DNA from: Lingula anatina
Lineage: Eukaryota > Animalia > Brachiopoda
NCBI GenBank assembly: GCA_051362555.1
Contig: CM120645.1
Span: forward strand, 20,150,001-20,214,000
Direction of reading: 5' to 3'
Length of the DNA: 64,000 bases
Positions 51,997 through 64,000 of this stretch are shown one piece after another (within the stretch, counting starts at the first letter, position 1; every line of letters starts with the position of its first letter). Under the pieces are notes generated by a model that searched no databases, was not told the DNA's origin, and saw only the letters and a program-made list of their open reading frames with translations. Both the position numbers and the translations under genes were made by a program.

Positions 51997-52484
51997 GGAG
52001 AGCGGATTATCTCCTGCACTGGTATGGAAAATCTATATCAAAACTTCCAAAATCTAGACTCTGTATACTGGTACGTTGAAAACGTGCCTGTGGAAAAAAT
52101 TCAACCAGTACAATCGCATTTTTGCGATTATCAGGTTTGGGATCTTACTGCAGTAAATACCAGTGCGTGCCAGCTTAGGGAAAATATCTACATATTAAAG
52201 TGTGCATCAGAGGCTACATTGTTATTATTTCATTATTCTGAAACTTAATTAAGTCTAATCTCTTGGAACTGCGATTGTAAGGCCACTGTGAGACTGAGGC
52301 CAATAGTTTTGAATGATAATACCATGATACGTTGTATAGCAGAGTGGCACTTAATAATCACAGCTTTAAGGATGCAGTGTTAATTGCCTTTACTGCCACA
52401 AGATACTAACTGTATATTTATAACGTAAAAGGAAATCTAAAAAAAAAGACTATTTTCAGGACACTAGTGACTGACGAGATTAAT

Positions 52485-52529
<45 letters not shown>

Positions 52530-53773
52530 ATGAAGCAAAGCTTTTATATAGGACCATATATAGGACACAAGGCTGGAAAATAACTTGGTTTTGTCGCGAT
52601 TCGTTTGTTAATTATCTTTATTTTAAGTCTTGGGGAAAGGGGGATACCTCTTAAGCTAAGGGATGATCCACCGTTAATATTGTAAATGGAATAGGAACAG
52701 CGCCTGCGAGTGACATCTCCGTATGGTGATTAAAGATTAATTACATGTTCTGAACGATTTCATCTGCATCGGGAATTCGCAATTTTATAACAGAAGGGTT
52801 GGTTTTACACATTATTCCGTTAGTAGTTAGCCTATATACACGTACCGACTGAAGTTATATCATTTCTGCCTTCCATCTGGGTTAAACTTGATGTTTTGGG
52901 GTCTGACACGCGTTTGCAGGTTACTAGTACAAGTCATCTTAAATTTAGAAGCGAGGTAGGCGAAATGAACAAAAAAATCACCGTTCCCTTGTCGACTAAA
53001 AGCTTGGGGTGTTGTGCAGTGACCCGAATAAAATCCTGTGTCTACAAGGACCAAAGATACATGAACAGCGTTATGGCTCATTGAACGATTCCTTCCCTTT
53101 GATCCAGTGAGAGACCTTGGTCCCATACCTTCCATACCAGCAGCACTGTCTTATTTCAGAATACTCGTTTACATGGTTACGTGCAAAGCTGTGAGACCAA
53201 TTTTGAAAAATCCAGTTTATTGAAATCCTTAAAGTTGACTGTACTCGATGTCTTCTTTCCAAAACGCAGTGTATGGATAGTTTTAGACAGACAACGAAAT
53301 AATATTTTTGCAGGTTTTAAAAATTTGAAATAAACGATATATAAGCTTTGGTCTATTTAAAACCGGCCATATGTAAAAATGTGCATGGTTTTGGCAATAT
53401 AATTTAAGACACAACATTGTATATGGTTTTGTTTTCAGCCTCACCCCTTCCCCGATTTTACAAAAATTTGCCCGTAAAATGTGGTGACCAGGGAGGGGAA
53501 TGCTTCTTTAGAGTATGAGATCAAGACTTTCACTGCCCAAAATTTACAAGGAAGGGCGTTGTTTTTTATATCAACCGATATCCGCCCTTGACTTCAAAAA
53601 GCCTCAGTATGTCCAATCAAAAACTCTGCATCTTTATCCGAGTAGTTCGTGTCCAGGTGGATCTTTAAGTCTGAACTCTAAGAACCTTCATAGTTGTTTT
53701 TTATTTTTTATATAAAAGTTTTTTTTATGTTATACAAGCTGCAAGTCAGTAATACAATAATTTTTCATTACAG

Positions 53774-54846
53774 ACAGCCAGGGAAGCCTGGTCCAGTTTG
53801 ACGCGAACGGAGACGGTCTTGGGCGATATAACATCCTGAACTACCGCCAAAACACAGAGACCGGCGAATACGAATACCACGTGGTTGGCCACTGGCACAA
53901 CGGCATTAACCTAAATGTGGGCGAAATAGTGTGGAACTCGGGGACCCTGAGAGAATTCGACGTGGTGCCATCATCAGAGTGCAGTCAACCATGTAAGGAG
54001 GGGGAGATAAAGAAAGTGAAAGATAACGTGTGTTGTTGGATCTGCACGACTTGTGCCCACCCCTGGGAGTACCTGGCCTCCGACGTGGAGTGCGAGGATT
54101 GCGGTGAAGGCTACTGGCCGTACCCGAACAAAACCGCGTGCTACCGTATACCGGAACAATACATGCAGTGGGAGAGCGTCTACGCCATTGTCCCCATGTC
54201 TCTGGCAGTGGTTGCCATACTGATCACCATTGGAGTCATTGGTGTGTTCATTAAGCATAATGACACTCCGGTTGTGAGAGCATCCGGGAGAGAACTCTGT
54301 TATCTGCTTCTCTCCGGTTGCCTGATTTGTTACCTGATGACCTTTGTCCTGCTAGCCAAGCCCAGCACTGCCATTTGCTCATTGCAGCGCTTTGGGGTAG
54401 GTTTTGGGTTCGCAATCATCTACGCGTCTCTCCTCACCAAAACCAATAGGATATACAGAATATTCAACAGGGCTACAAAATCTGCAAAAAGACCAGCTTT
54501 CATAAGTCCTCGCTCACAGGTTGTGATCGCTGGTATTCTAATAGGAATACAAGTGATGACCACGTGCATTTGGCTTGCTCTGGAGCCCCCAGGGACGCGA
54601 TACTATTTCCCCAACGGGCAGAGAGACGAGATGGTTCTTAAGTGTAAAATTGAAGACTACTCATTTCTGATTTCTCTCTCCTACATCATGTTACTCATCA
54701 TTGTGTGTACAGTGTACGCCGTAAAGACCAGGAACATTCCGGAGAACTTTAACGAGTCCAAGTTCATAGGGTTCACCATGTATACCACTTGTATAATATG
54801 GCTGGCGTTTGTGCCTATCTACTTCGGAACGCTCAACTCTTTTGAA
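53774..54846 (+). CDS. GRM3: mGluR exon: cysteine-rich domain and TM1-6
   Basis: FDANGDGLGRYNI, PSSECSQPC, CCWIC, TPVVRASGRELCY, LLTKTNRI, PENFNESKFIGFTMYTTCIIWLAF; phase 1-0. Confidence 0.97.
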
Positions 54847-56453
54847 GTAAGTACACGCATATGTTGTAAAGTAAAAATACATGTTACGTATGTGTGCCTT
54901 TGCAACAGAGCACCACTGATTGAATGTTATAATGATAGTGAAATTAGTGGTCAAATATGATTTGAATTACGCATTAGGTGGTAATATTGACGGCCATATT
55001 GAAATACAAAAGAACGAAAGCTGTGTTGCTTTTCAAACTATTCAAAATATCTCTTTTTGATGTAACGTTATTACTCAAAATCTTGATCATTTTTTGAAAA
55101 GGTTTGATTTAATCTCGTCATCGACGGAAAACTTGGAATAAGTAATTCGATCAGCCAAAGCAGGTTGTATGTAAAAATATCACACCGAAATTAAACTGAA
55201 TAGGAGCGTTTCCTCTCACGAGACAAGTTTATTCATTTATTTGTGGGGTCATTGTACCCGTTATGTGATGTGATTTTCTGTTTTTGTGTTAAAGTGCTTT
55301 CCTTTCCCCAAGTGTTGTAAAAAATGTTATCATGTTTTTTTGTGTTATTTCCCCCCCAATGAAATATAGTCCACAAAATCTTATATCCTCTATCAAATAA
55401 CTGTGACAATTGCATTAATCGCAACAATTTACATAGATCCTCCATCTGAATCTAATGAAGCGATAAACATGAAAGTAGTGTTTGGCCGAATACGAGATAA
55501 TGCTAAAACCTATATATCGATATAAATAGTCTTGCTTTTAGAATCTGTAATAATGATTTATCCCCTATCACATTAGGTTGCCGTCTTCAGTCCTTAACAA
55601 GTGTAAGCCAATTACACGCACTCGATCGATCATTTAATCTTCATTTGAATTCTTACCACTGGGTAACCTGCGACGAACGCGGTTGTGAGCGGAATGTTTG
55701 ACACTCCGGGTCGCAGCCTTCCCACTGCCAATTTTACCAGTTCATGCCCAGACACTGTATAATAACTCACGGGGCGCTTATACACTCGCAGTGAAGTGTA
55801 CTTTTACATGTACCCACACACTGGTGGATGTATTGGTAGGATTTTTCCTAAAGATGCATTTGAAGTAAATTTTTTTTTACCACAAGAATCGAGCTAATTC
55901 CACCATATAGTTTCAAATAGTATAACTTAGAGAAATATCTTGCCAATAAACGTATTACCCCCCCCCCCCAAAAAAAAAGAAAGATATTTCTGCCATAAAA
56001 TTTAAACGGGGCAGATAAATATAGGTCAGGTAAGTTTACGACAAAAATTGTAAGGTGTAGTTTAAAGTTCGTTTAAAGTTGACCTAGTGATCATGATCAG
56101 TTCGGTTTATCGCTTGGCATGTCAACTTTATTTGAGTGGTATAAGAAACCACTAGAAGTGTTTTTTATGCGTTACTTGGAATCCATCCTCCACTGACGCG
56201 CAAATATCGAAATATAAGACAGTTATCAAGCAGGGTTTCATTTTTAAATGCGGGGATGGAGAAATTGCTTGAATTAAAAACCATTTGTCTTATTTGGCTC
56301 TTTATGCTCTGGAAGAGGAGTGACCGGGGGAATATTTCTGATTTAAGTTATTGGTTAGACTGGCTGCCTAGTCCTTCTGGTACATGTATAGCATTGCGTT
56401 CTAATCAGTTTTATTTCTGTTTGTGTTTTAATGGTTATTTGTTTCTTTTTCAG

Positions 56454-56604
56454 TTTCAAATGACCACCCTCTGTATATCAGTAAGCCTGAGTGCTACTGT
56501 GGCCATCGCCTGCTTATTCCTTCCCAAGTTACACGTGATCCTTCTCCACCCAGAGAAAAATATCCGATCGAAGGGGGACACAATGAAGTCCAAGACAAAA
56601 TATA
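56454..56604 (+). CDS. GRM3: mGluR exon: TM7
   Basis: FQMTTLCISVSLSATVAIACLFLPKLHVILLHPEKN; TTTCAG|...|GTAAGT. Confidence 0.92.
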
Positions 56605-57276
56605 GTAAGTATGGTCACTGCAGAAAGGCGGTGTTGTACCATGTCTGGCAAAGTAAACGTTTCGATAAATCATGCTTAACATGGCTTCTTATAAAAGTAT
56701 ATTTGACCTACCCAGAGATCTTGGCCAGAAATGTTGTTACATGTCTGAGTACATTACATTATTGGTATATATATCAAAAACAACACCACTAAAGCATTGT
56801 TGTTATGTACATTTGGTATAATTGTGATTGGTGTGGGATTTAGAGCTATTATTACAAGAACAATTTGAATTTTGTAAGAAAGGTGAAAAGAGGCGTTAAC
56901 AAACAATGTAAAAAATGAGACATAGTAGTATTTCTAAATGTGGATTAATAAAGAAAGGTTCATAATGGCCAGTTTCAGCAGTTTCTATGCACGGCATCCT
57001 GGTTTTGCATAGGATCAACCTTCACTCCTTTCGGATTTTGATTTACCACACAAAGTTACTTCGTATTAAAATACCATAACCTTCAAAGTTACACCGATGT
57101 CTCCACGTGCAAAAAGCTCTTGAAATCTTGCAAATATCCGACGGTAGTATGCTAAATGTCTGACAAATACATGATATTGTGTTCAAGGATTTTATGTCAT
57201 TACATTGTTGTAATCACAATCAACTGAACTGGAATTGCTCTAATGATTTATTGTATTTGTAAATAATTTTCTCCAG

Positions 57277-57318
57277 CATTTAGCTCAGATAATGGCAGCA
57301 GCCAGAATTCCAAAGACG
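57277..57318 (+). CDS. GRM3: mGluR 42-nt C-tail exon (possibly alternative)
   Basis: CTCCAG|...|GTAAC, phase 1-1, open frame TFSSDNGSSQNSKD. Confidence 0.55.
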
Positions 57319-57867
57319 GTAACATGCAGAGATTTCAGTTAGTTTTAGTAATCTCTCACTGTTATCGACACCCAAAGAGAATGCAGTCTGGTTCCCGAAT
57401 GCATGCTTTTAGTGTGACAGCAGCGATGACGTTTATGTGGAAAAGGCAATAGTTTTTCGTGATTAAACAATGCATTTTCCGAAGAATATGCGAATAAAAG
57501 AATAAAACTAAGATTTAAATTATCAGAAAGCGAAAATTTTTGTTATGAAAAACTCGAAAATGTTCCACATAAACTGTCATCTCTGCAGAAGTGTTGATAT
57601 TGAGGGATTGCCACCTAGATAACTTAGGTCCATATATGCAAATATATGCAAATTTCCTCATAGTTCCAGTACCCACTTACAGCATACCGTGATATCCATT
57701 GACGTCATGATGTTATCCATTTGCAGCCTGTTTAGTATATCATTCGACGGCATCATGAGCTGTTATATTAGTCAATTAAATGTTAGAAGTGTGTCATACC
57801 AATGATTGTTTTCAAGTTACAAATTTGAATTAAGAATGCGGTTTTCATATAAACAAAGGTACCTGTA

Positions 57868-57917
<50 letters not shown>

Positions 57918-58779
57918 TCCAATGAAACTTCCATCGATAGGTGTCAGCACTACTGTTGAGTTTCGTGAAAGTCTTGCCAATCTTTACAGGATTTGTTCGA
58001 CACATTTTAATGTAAAAATTTTAATTAAAATGTAAAAATGTTATAACAATAATAATTACGCTAGTGTAACAACAAATTATTTCGGTATCCCCATGAATGT
58101 ATCTTACTAGCAAATAACTCCCCCTGTTTCTGTAGTGGATCTGTCTCTGTGTTGTTTCCCCACTAACATGATTCCTTTCCCTGGTACTAGTAGCTGTATC
58201 CTGTAACATGTAATGACTTCATTAATAGCACTGACAGTAGTAATGTGACCTCAATAGGACTTAATTACTAACACCTTACCATATATACATGTAAAATGCT
58301 AGTTTATACTCGGCTAAAGTGGCAGATCCGGGGTGGGGGGGGGGGGGGGGGGGAGGCACAGTTGACCACGTGCCTCCTCCCCCATTTTGAAAATACCGTT
58401 TTGCCCTCTCTGAAAAAGCAGCACAACAAGCGCTTTCAGACTAACATATGTACTTTTAGGACATACGGGAAGACAAACTACACGTTTTTGTCTCGTTGCG
58501 CGCGTAACTAGACAAAGCTGTGTAGTTTTCCCCTGCTGCCCATACATGTAGTCTAAAACTTCCTATTATCACCTTGTGCATCCCCCCCATCAAAATTGGA
58601 TCCGCTAGTGTACCAGTACTGTACATTTATATTGTACTGTAATCTGTAAAGTTGTTTAGTTAAACAGTCTGTCAGTTTAGATACATGTAAACAAGTATCC
58701 CCGTAATATAGGAATTACTGACACGCATATGGGTAGCATATTGTTATCTCCTGTAAATTGATTGTTTAACTTACAAGAA

Positions 58780-59073
58780 GCATTCACATCGATTTGAGCC
58801 ATGGCTCTACAAAGCCACGAACTAAATATGGCGGACCCGCATGAAAGGAAAACCGCCTAATCTTTTAATAGTCTCTCCACCTCTCACACGCCTCCCCATG
58901 TGTCGTCCCAATGGAGCCGAGATTTAATGACTGTACCCTCGCAGGGACGACGCATGGGGAGGCGTGTGAGAGGCAGAGAGACTATTAAAAGATTAGGCGG
59001 TTTTCCTTTCATATACGTCCGCCATATTTAGTTCGTGGCTTTGTATAGCCATGGCTCCACTCGATGTGAATGC
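58780..59073. mobile_element. Long palindromic MITE in the last mGluR intron
   Basis: About 130-bp near-perfect inverted arms (GCATTCACATCGA...GTCGTCCC / GGGACGAC...TCGATGTGAATGC). Confidence 0.8.
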
Positions 59074-59929
59074 GGACTAACGAAGATATTCCTCCCCAAA
59101 GGCAGGTCCAGGATAATTGGGATGGCGGTGGGTGTGGGTGCGTGGGAGGAACACCCCCTTCATTATATCCTGAATCCGCTACTATAATTGATATGCGAGA
59201 AGTAGCTAGAGAAAGACACATGTTATAAAGGGAAAGAATGCGAATTATAAATCTTAAAATAACCACAATAGATAGAATACTTTTTTTGGATTTTCGGATG
59301 AAGAGGACGATATAAACGTCGCTAGATATGGTTGATATTTGGAAAACGTGATCAATTTTTTTTTTCGACAGTAATTCGCCTTCTCATCCTTTATCTATGA
59401 AATCTACTTTTAATATAATTTTAAACAAAATATAGGAACCATCATTGCGTGTGTTAAAAGGTTTTATCAAATGTAATTGATAACATATAAACGAAAGCCA
59501 CCGTTAAACAGTGTACCTGCAGGCCCTATATATAGAGCTAGGATATTATGGACTTCTTGTTAGGCAACATTTGTCGTTGTGATTTCGATCACAAAATTTA
59601 AGTACCTTCTAACCATTAGTATTGTCCAATTACTCACACAATCTTAATTCTCATCTATGCCCTGCATCTTGTCGGATGACACATCACTTACTAACGTCTC
59701 AGAAATACATATGCAAAAAGTAATAACTTCAATCTGTGCAGAAATATGTTTTCTCTTCGTGGAAGATATGTGTAATTGCAATTGACAGTCATGATATGCG
59801 TCAAATTGATATCTATTTTATTTATGATTTGAAATTTTTTATTTGGCTTCACTGACCTGATAAAGCATAAATGTAGAGTGAAGGCCAATATATTGCATAC
59901 ATCCTATGATCATGTACTGTCCATTTCAG

Positions 59930-60162
59930 GCTTATCTGCCGGCCTTCTTCAGTTGCAATCTATAGTGCCATTGACGACCGCAAATTGCAAGGATAACGTC
60001 ACAACCACAACGCAATCACAATCGTCAGAATCGCACCTAACGCAATCCCAGCCTCTCACAGCCACCTTGTGCAAAGATAATGGCGCAATGGGAGCCACGA
60101 CAGTTTGTGTGAGGAAGGGAGAAAATGTTGGAAACAATAGTATTGATACGTACAGCGTATAG
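59930..60162 (+). CDS. GRM3: mGluR last coding exon
   Basis: ATTTCAG| phase 1, open to ...SIDTYSV*; hydrophobic PDZ-ligand-like terminus; total about 984 aa. Confidence 0.7.
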
Positions 60163-62270
60163 CCTCTAGCAGTGGCATTTGCGGCCAGCGTTTGGCTCTT
60201 GATACGTAAAGCGTATATGCATATGGTCAATGGTATTAGCAATGGTATTTGCGCGCAGCGTTTAACATCTAGCAATGGTATTGATACGCATATTTAAATT
60301 TTTTTCATCAGATTTTTAATTTTAGACTTTATTTGATCTCACTAATCTCTTTAATGGCCAAAAAAGTGCATGTGATGCATGTTGCGACTGCTTTTAATCT
60401 AATCACAGAATAGCTGGAGATCGTTGGACTTAACTGAGACGTTGACTAAATGTTTTTAAAAACATATTTTCTCTCACTTCAAGGTCCCAGTAAACGCATT
60501 GAAGCACACGTGGTAGCTATGTGGCTCTAATGCGTTGTGCTTAAACCATACTGGTTGAAACTTCACGTTTTAATTTGGACGAAAAATATTGACGTGGAGA
60601 TTTGTGTCACAGAAGAGAAACGAGGCTCAATAATTGGGAGAAACCAGAACTTTAAAACTTCGCACAAACTTTATATGAAGGTTGCTTAGTAATATAAGTG
60701 AACCTGTACGTGATTTTAATTGTTGTTTGTAAAATATACATTTTCCTATGTTATGTGCAAAGTATAATATTATGTACGTTTAAAATAATGTCAACCATTT
60801 CTTAACGAAAAATACATAATTTTCATAAAAATAGTTTGACTTACAAACACTTTTTTTTCAGAAAAAGTCAGTAGAAATTAGAAAAATAAGCATCGCATAT
60901 TATCGGCCAACAGTGTACAAATATTGTACACTATGCATGTATTTTCTGCATGACGCGATCTACGATTTTTTTAAAATTAGTAGTTTTTTTCGTGATCTAT
61001 ATGTTTTGGGACCCTTCTTCGCCTCTGAGACATTACACTTAAAATAATATGTGCGTTGAGTGACAACATACTGTATCAAGTAGCACAGATGCTGGGTTTA
61101 CTTTTGAAGCGATTCGGTGAGCCGTCAGTGTAAGGGGTGTGAAATAGAAAAGACCAAAGCGAGATGCTGATAAGTCTTGGATAGATAAAACGTTTATTCA
61201 CCCAAGGTTAAACTGGTCGCCCACGGTGCTTATCAGAAAGAATGAGGAGATTGATAACCTATGAAAGAGAGTACTTTGAAGACAGAACAAGCAGGTGTTG
61301 GCGAGGTGAAAGTGAAAAATTCCAGCTCTCTGGTCAACCGTAATGAGTAACCTTCATGGCTGATGATTTGTTTCATGCTGTAGGGAAGTAGAGGACACTG
61401 CACTAGCGCAAAGGTCAACCCAGAACAGCGCAATAAATTAAAGCTATATTAGAATAAATATTTAAAGAATTATATTTAATAAAAATCCGGCATCACTTTA
61501 TTCCCTGCTGAATACCTGTCTAACTTGAAAATTCCGTTATTATTTTTATTTTTATTTTTGAAGATGTATATTTGAGATACTTGTATTTTGTCCAGTTATG
61601 AGATTTGGATATTGGGGAGTGCTGTTTTAGTGTCCAGCCCAAAACGCCTAAATTGTTTTTGTCTCATTATAAGAAGCCTCGTGACAAGCGTCTTAGCTCG
61701 AAGACTCCGCTAAAATTGAAAACCCAATTTTTAAATTAAGATGTCTGAAAAAGAAAAATACCCTGGGAAATCAATCTGCATTGTTCTTTGACAATCGAAA
61801 GGAATGTCTGATATTACTTTGGCCATCACGGAGGCCAAAAAACAAACAACAATTGTCAAATAAAGTCTATTTGTCGAAGTTCTTTAAATGCGTACAATCA
61901 ATTGGTCTTAAGATAAGACCCACATCTGCAAAAGACAGTGTAACGTTTCTCATTTCATTCCGATCAAGGGATCAACCGAGTCGCCTCTGGTAAAAATCAC
62001 AATCTAGCCGAAAGAAAACCGTCTTCTTGATTGGACGTCTTTTAATAAAAAGTGCCCCGGTGCACTTGTTTTCTTTGCGAAGGAGAACCATCAGTGATCA
62101 GGACTGTCCAAAACATAATAAATGAAGATCATCTGAATATTCAATAACCGCGATGGACTAGATTTCCTTGCGAAGAAGAAATGCGGGAGTGATGTGAACT
62201 ACTTAAATGGACCAACTGGGTCAATTTCGTAACCTTTAAAATTGATCGTCACGTTGACTGATCAAGAAGC

Positions 62271-62341
62271 ATGAAGACGCTGGGATTCCTCTTGTGTTGT
62301 GTAGCTTTAACACGTGGTGATTTATACATCACTAATCCAAG
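62271..62341 (+). CDS. DD3-3: Protein DD3-3-like, exon 1
   Basis: MKTLGFLLCCVALTRG-DLYITNP(R): signal peptide plus the start of the DD3-3 N-terminal motif D.Y.HNPRGSNNRL; donor AG|GTAAGG, phase 2. Confidence 0.8.
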
Positions 62342-63476
62342 GTAAGGCAGTAATTATATCAGGTGCATATTATTATTGGTCTTAGGTACAAGTTTCGACA
62401 TTCTTGTGATTAGAACGAGTGCAATATTCCATTCAATTAGATAACTACTGATAACTCTAATCTAAAAACTTAGACATTTGCAACAAGTACAAATTGTGAT
62501 TAAAGTTACTAACAGCAACAAGAATGAAAACGATTCTCTTTAAATATCTCTATCGTTTTATGTTTCCATATTCATATTTATGTAAGTATCGCTAAGACGC
62601 ACGAGAAGTGCAATATTTTCAGAAATCAATCAGTTGTAATTACCATCATTATATTGTCGTGTGTTACACATGTAGAAACACATCTTTGCACCATTTCTTT
62701 ATCACTCCGAGCGCTATAGAAAATATTATTTTGTCTGTTATTTCTATTTTGCTATTTTGTGTTTGACATTGCTTTAACAGATAGTACTGTTACTCCGTAT
62801 CATCTGGTATGTCGTATCTGGTAAGTCACAAGAAATAATGTAACTTTATCAGTCCTCCGACCAGTCCTCCAATTCACGACGTTTTCGCAGGTGCAGGTGT
62901 ACTTATAATTAATATTCAAACAGGCATAAAAATTGAGCATGATGTTAGTCTCCTTAGGTAACTTATAGATGAGTCTCGAGATAAGGATTTAGATTTGCGT
63001 GCGCATTAGAATCGTGACACGGAGTACAAAGCCCAGAAGAGCTTAAATCTTTCTGTAATAGAATCCATTTTAATAACTTTTGCTCCTTTATGTCGTTCTT
63101 TACACAGGCACCCAAGTGCGTCATTGGGTTGATAATGTGCTGTAGGGCGTTTGAATGCAGGCTGTTGGTTGATTTGAGGCATTATAACTCTTTGTGCCTT
63201 CTGTCATGTACTTTCTGATCCTTGAAATGTCTAGAGTGTCACTAAATGTTTTCCGACTTTCGCTCAATTTTGAATAATAGGTTTACGTGTGTATTGGATG
63301 TTGGGCGTGATGTTCAATTTAATGAGATATGTACATTGAGGGTTAAGCATTTATATACTGTAGCAAAAAAGTATAAAAATAAGAAAAAAGTTTTAAAATA
63401 TAAAAAAACCGAAGAGGCCGTTATTGTGAGTGACGCAAACACATATTTACATCCATATCCAAATTTACACACACAA

Positions 63477-63485
<9 letters not shown>

Positions 63486-63520
<35 letters not shown>
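63486..63520. repeat. (CA)n microsatellite
   Basis: CA run just upstream of DD3-3 exon 2. Confidence 0.9.
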
Positions 63521-63523
<3 letters not shown>

Positions 63524-63554
63524 GCATGTATAAATGTTTATTTATTCTTTCCAG

Positions 63555-63608
63555 GGGAAGTAATAATAGGCTCAATTGGTTTACCCGGGATGTGAGAAAT
63601 AACAAAAG
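63555..63608 (+). CDS. DD3-3: Protein DD3-3-like, exon 2; gene continues off the right edge
   Basis: TTTCCAG| phase 2; (R)GSNNRLNWFTRDVRNNK(R); donor AG|GTAAC; completes NPRGSNNRLN. Confidence 0.8.
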
Positions 63609-64000
63609 GTAACAGTTATTTTTGCAAAAGAATTATTTTTTATAATAAAATGGTTATCATTATTCTGTCGAAACGAGAAAAATAATTAACCCTGTCACAT
63701 CCAGAATCATCTGTTTGCATAGAAATACACTGGAGGGGGCACATGTTTTTCGAGGAAAACGCATCTAATTAAAAATAGCCCACAAAAGTAATTTTACTGT
63801 GAAATATAGGACCAGAGATGGAAATGCGCTTGGTTTTGTCTCATTATGCTTGTTTAATTGCATTTTTCCCAGGGAGAAGGGGTAACCTCAAAGCCAAGGA
63901 GTGTGTGTGTGCGGGAGGGGGGGGGGGAAGGGGCGTTGAACATGGCCTGCTGTATCCGCCATTGTTAAAGTGTCAGAGAAGATATGCAGAATAAACAAAA

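Noticed and set aside
50574-54954. Overlapping and antisense ORFs within mGluR exons
   Set aside because: Shadows of GC-rich coding sequence.
58317-58610. GTGGCAGATCC...GGATCCGCTAG element and similar fragments (about 29038, 32293, 59100)
   Set aside because: Probably degenerate DNA-transposon relics, but boundaries and TSDs could not be fixed.
57527-61317. Isolated GAAANNGAAA motifs (about 57527 and 61308)
   Set aside because: Expected by chance several times in 64 kb of AT-rich DNA, with no supporting cluster.

Overview
AT-rich, intron-containing eukaryotic DNA from an invertebrate animal. The gene set and repeat style suggest a marine invertebrate, possibly a hemichordate or echinoderm (inference). 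Gene order: first exon of an unidentified signal-peptide gene (-, runs off the left edge); small 2-exon DPY30-domain (DYDC-like) gene (+); 7-exon viperin/RSAD2 (+); two tandem 3-exon stum-family genes (-); tRNA-Pro(CGG); 5-coding-exon group II metabotropic glutamate receptor (+); first two exons of a DD3-3-like gene (+, runs off the right edge). The viperin locus is the highlight. Its promoter has an IRF/ISRE + NF-kB + CRE half-site + TATA cluster, exon 3 carries a +1 frameshift, and intron 2 holds an antisense, internally deleted Ty3/Gypsy LTR element (266-bp LTRs about 97% identical, tRNA-Ala PBS, chromodomain remnant). There are also many palindromic MITEs (several PIF/Harbinger-type with TAA/TTA target duplications) and microsatellites. 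All exon structures were read by hand from splice signals and recalled protein motifs; no searches were run.
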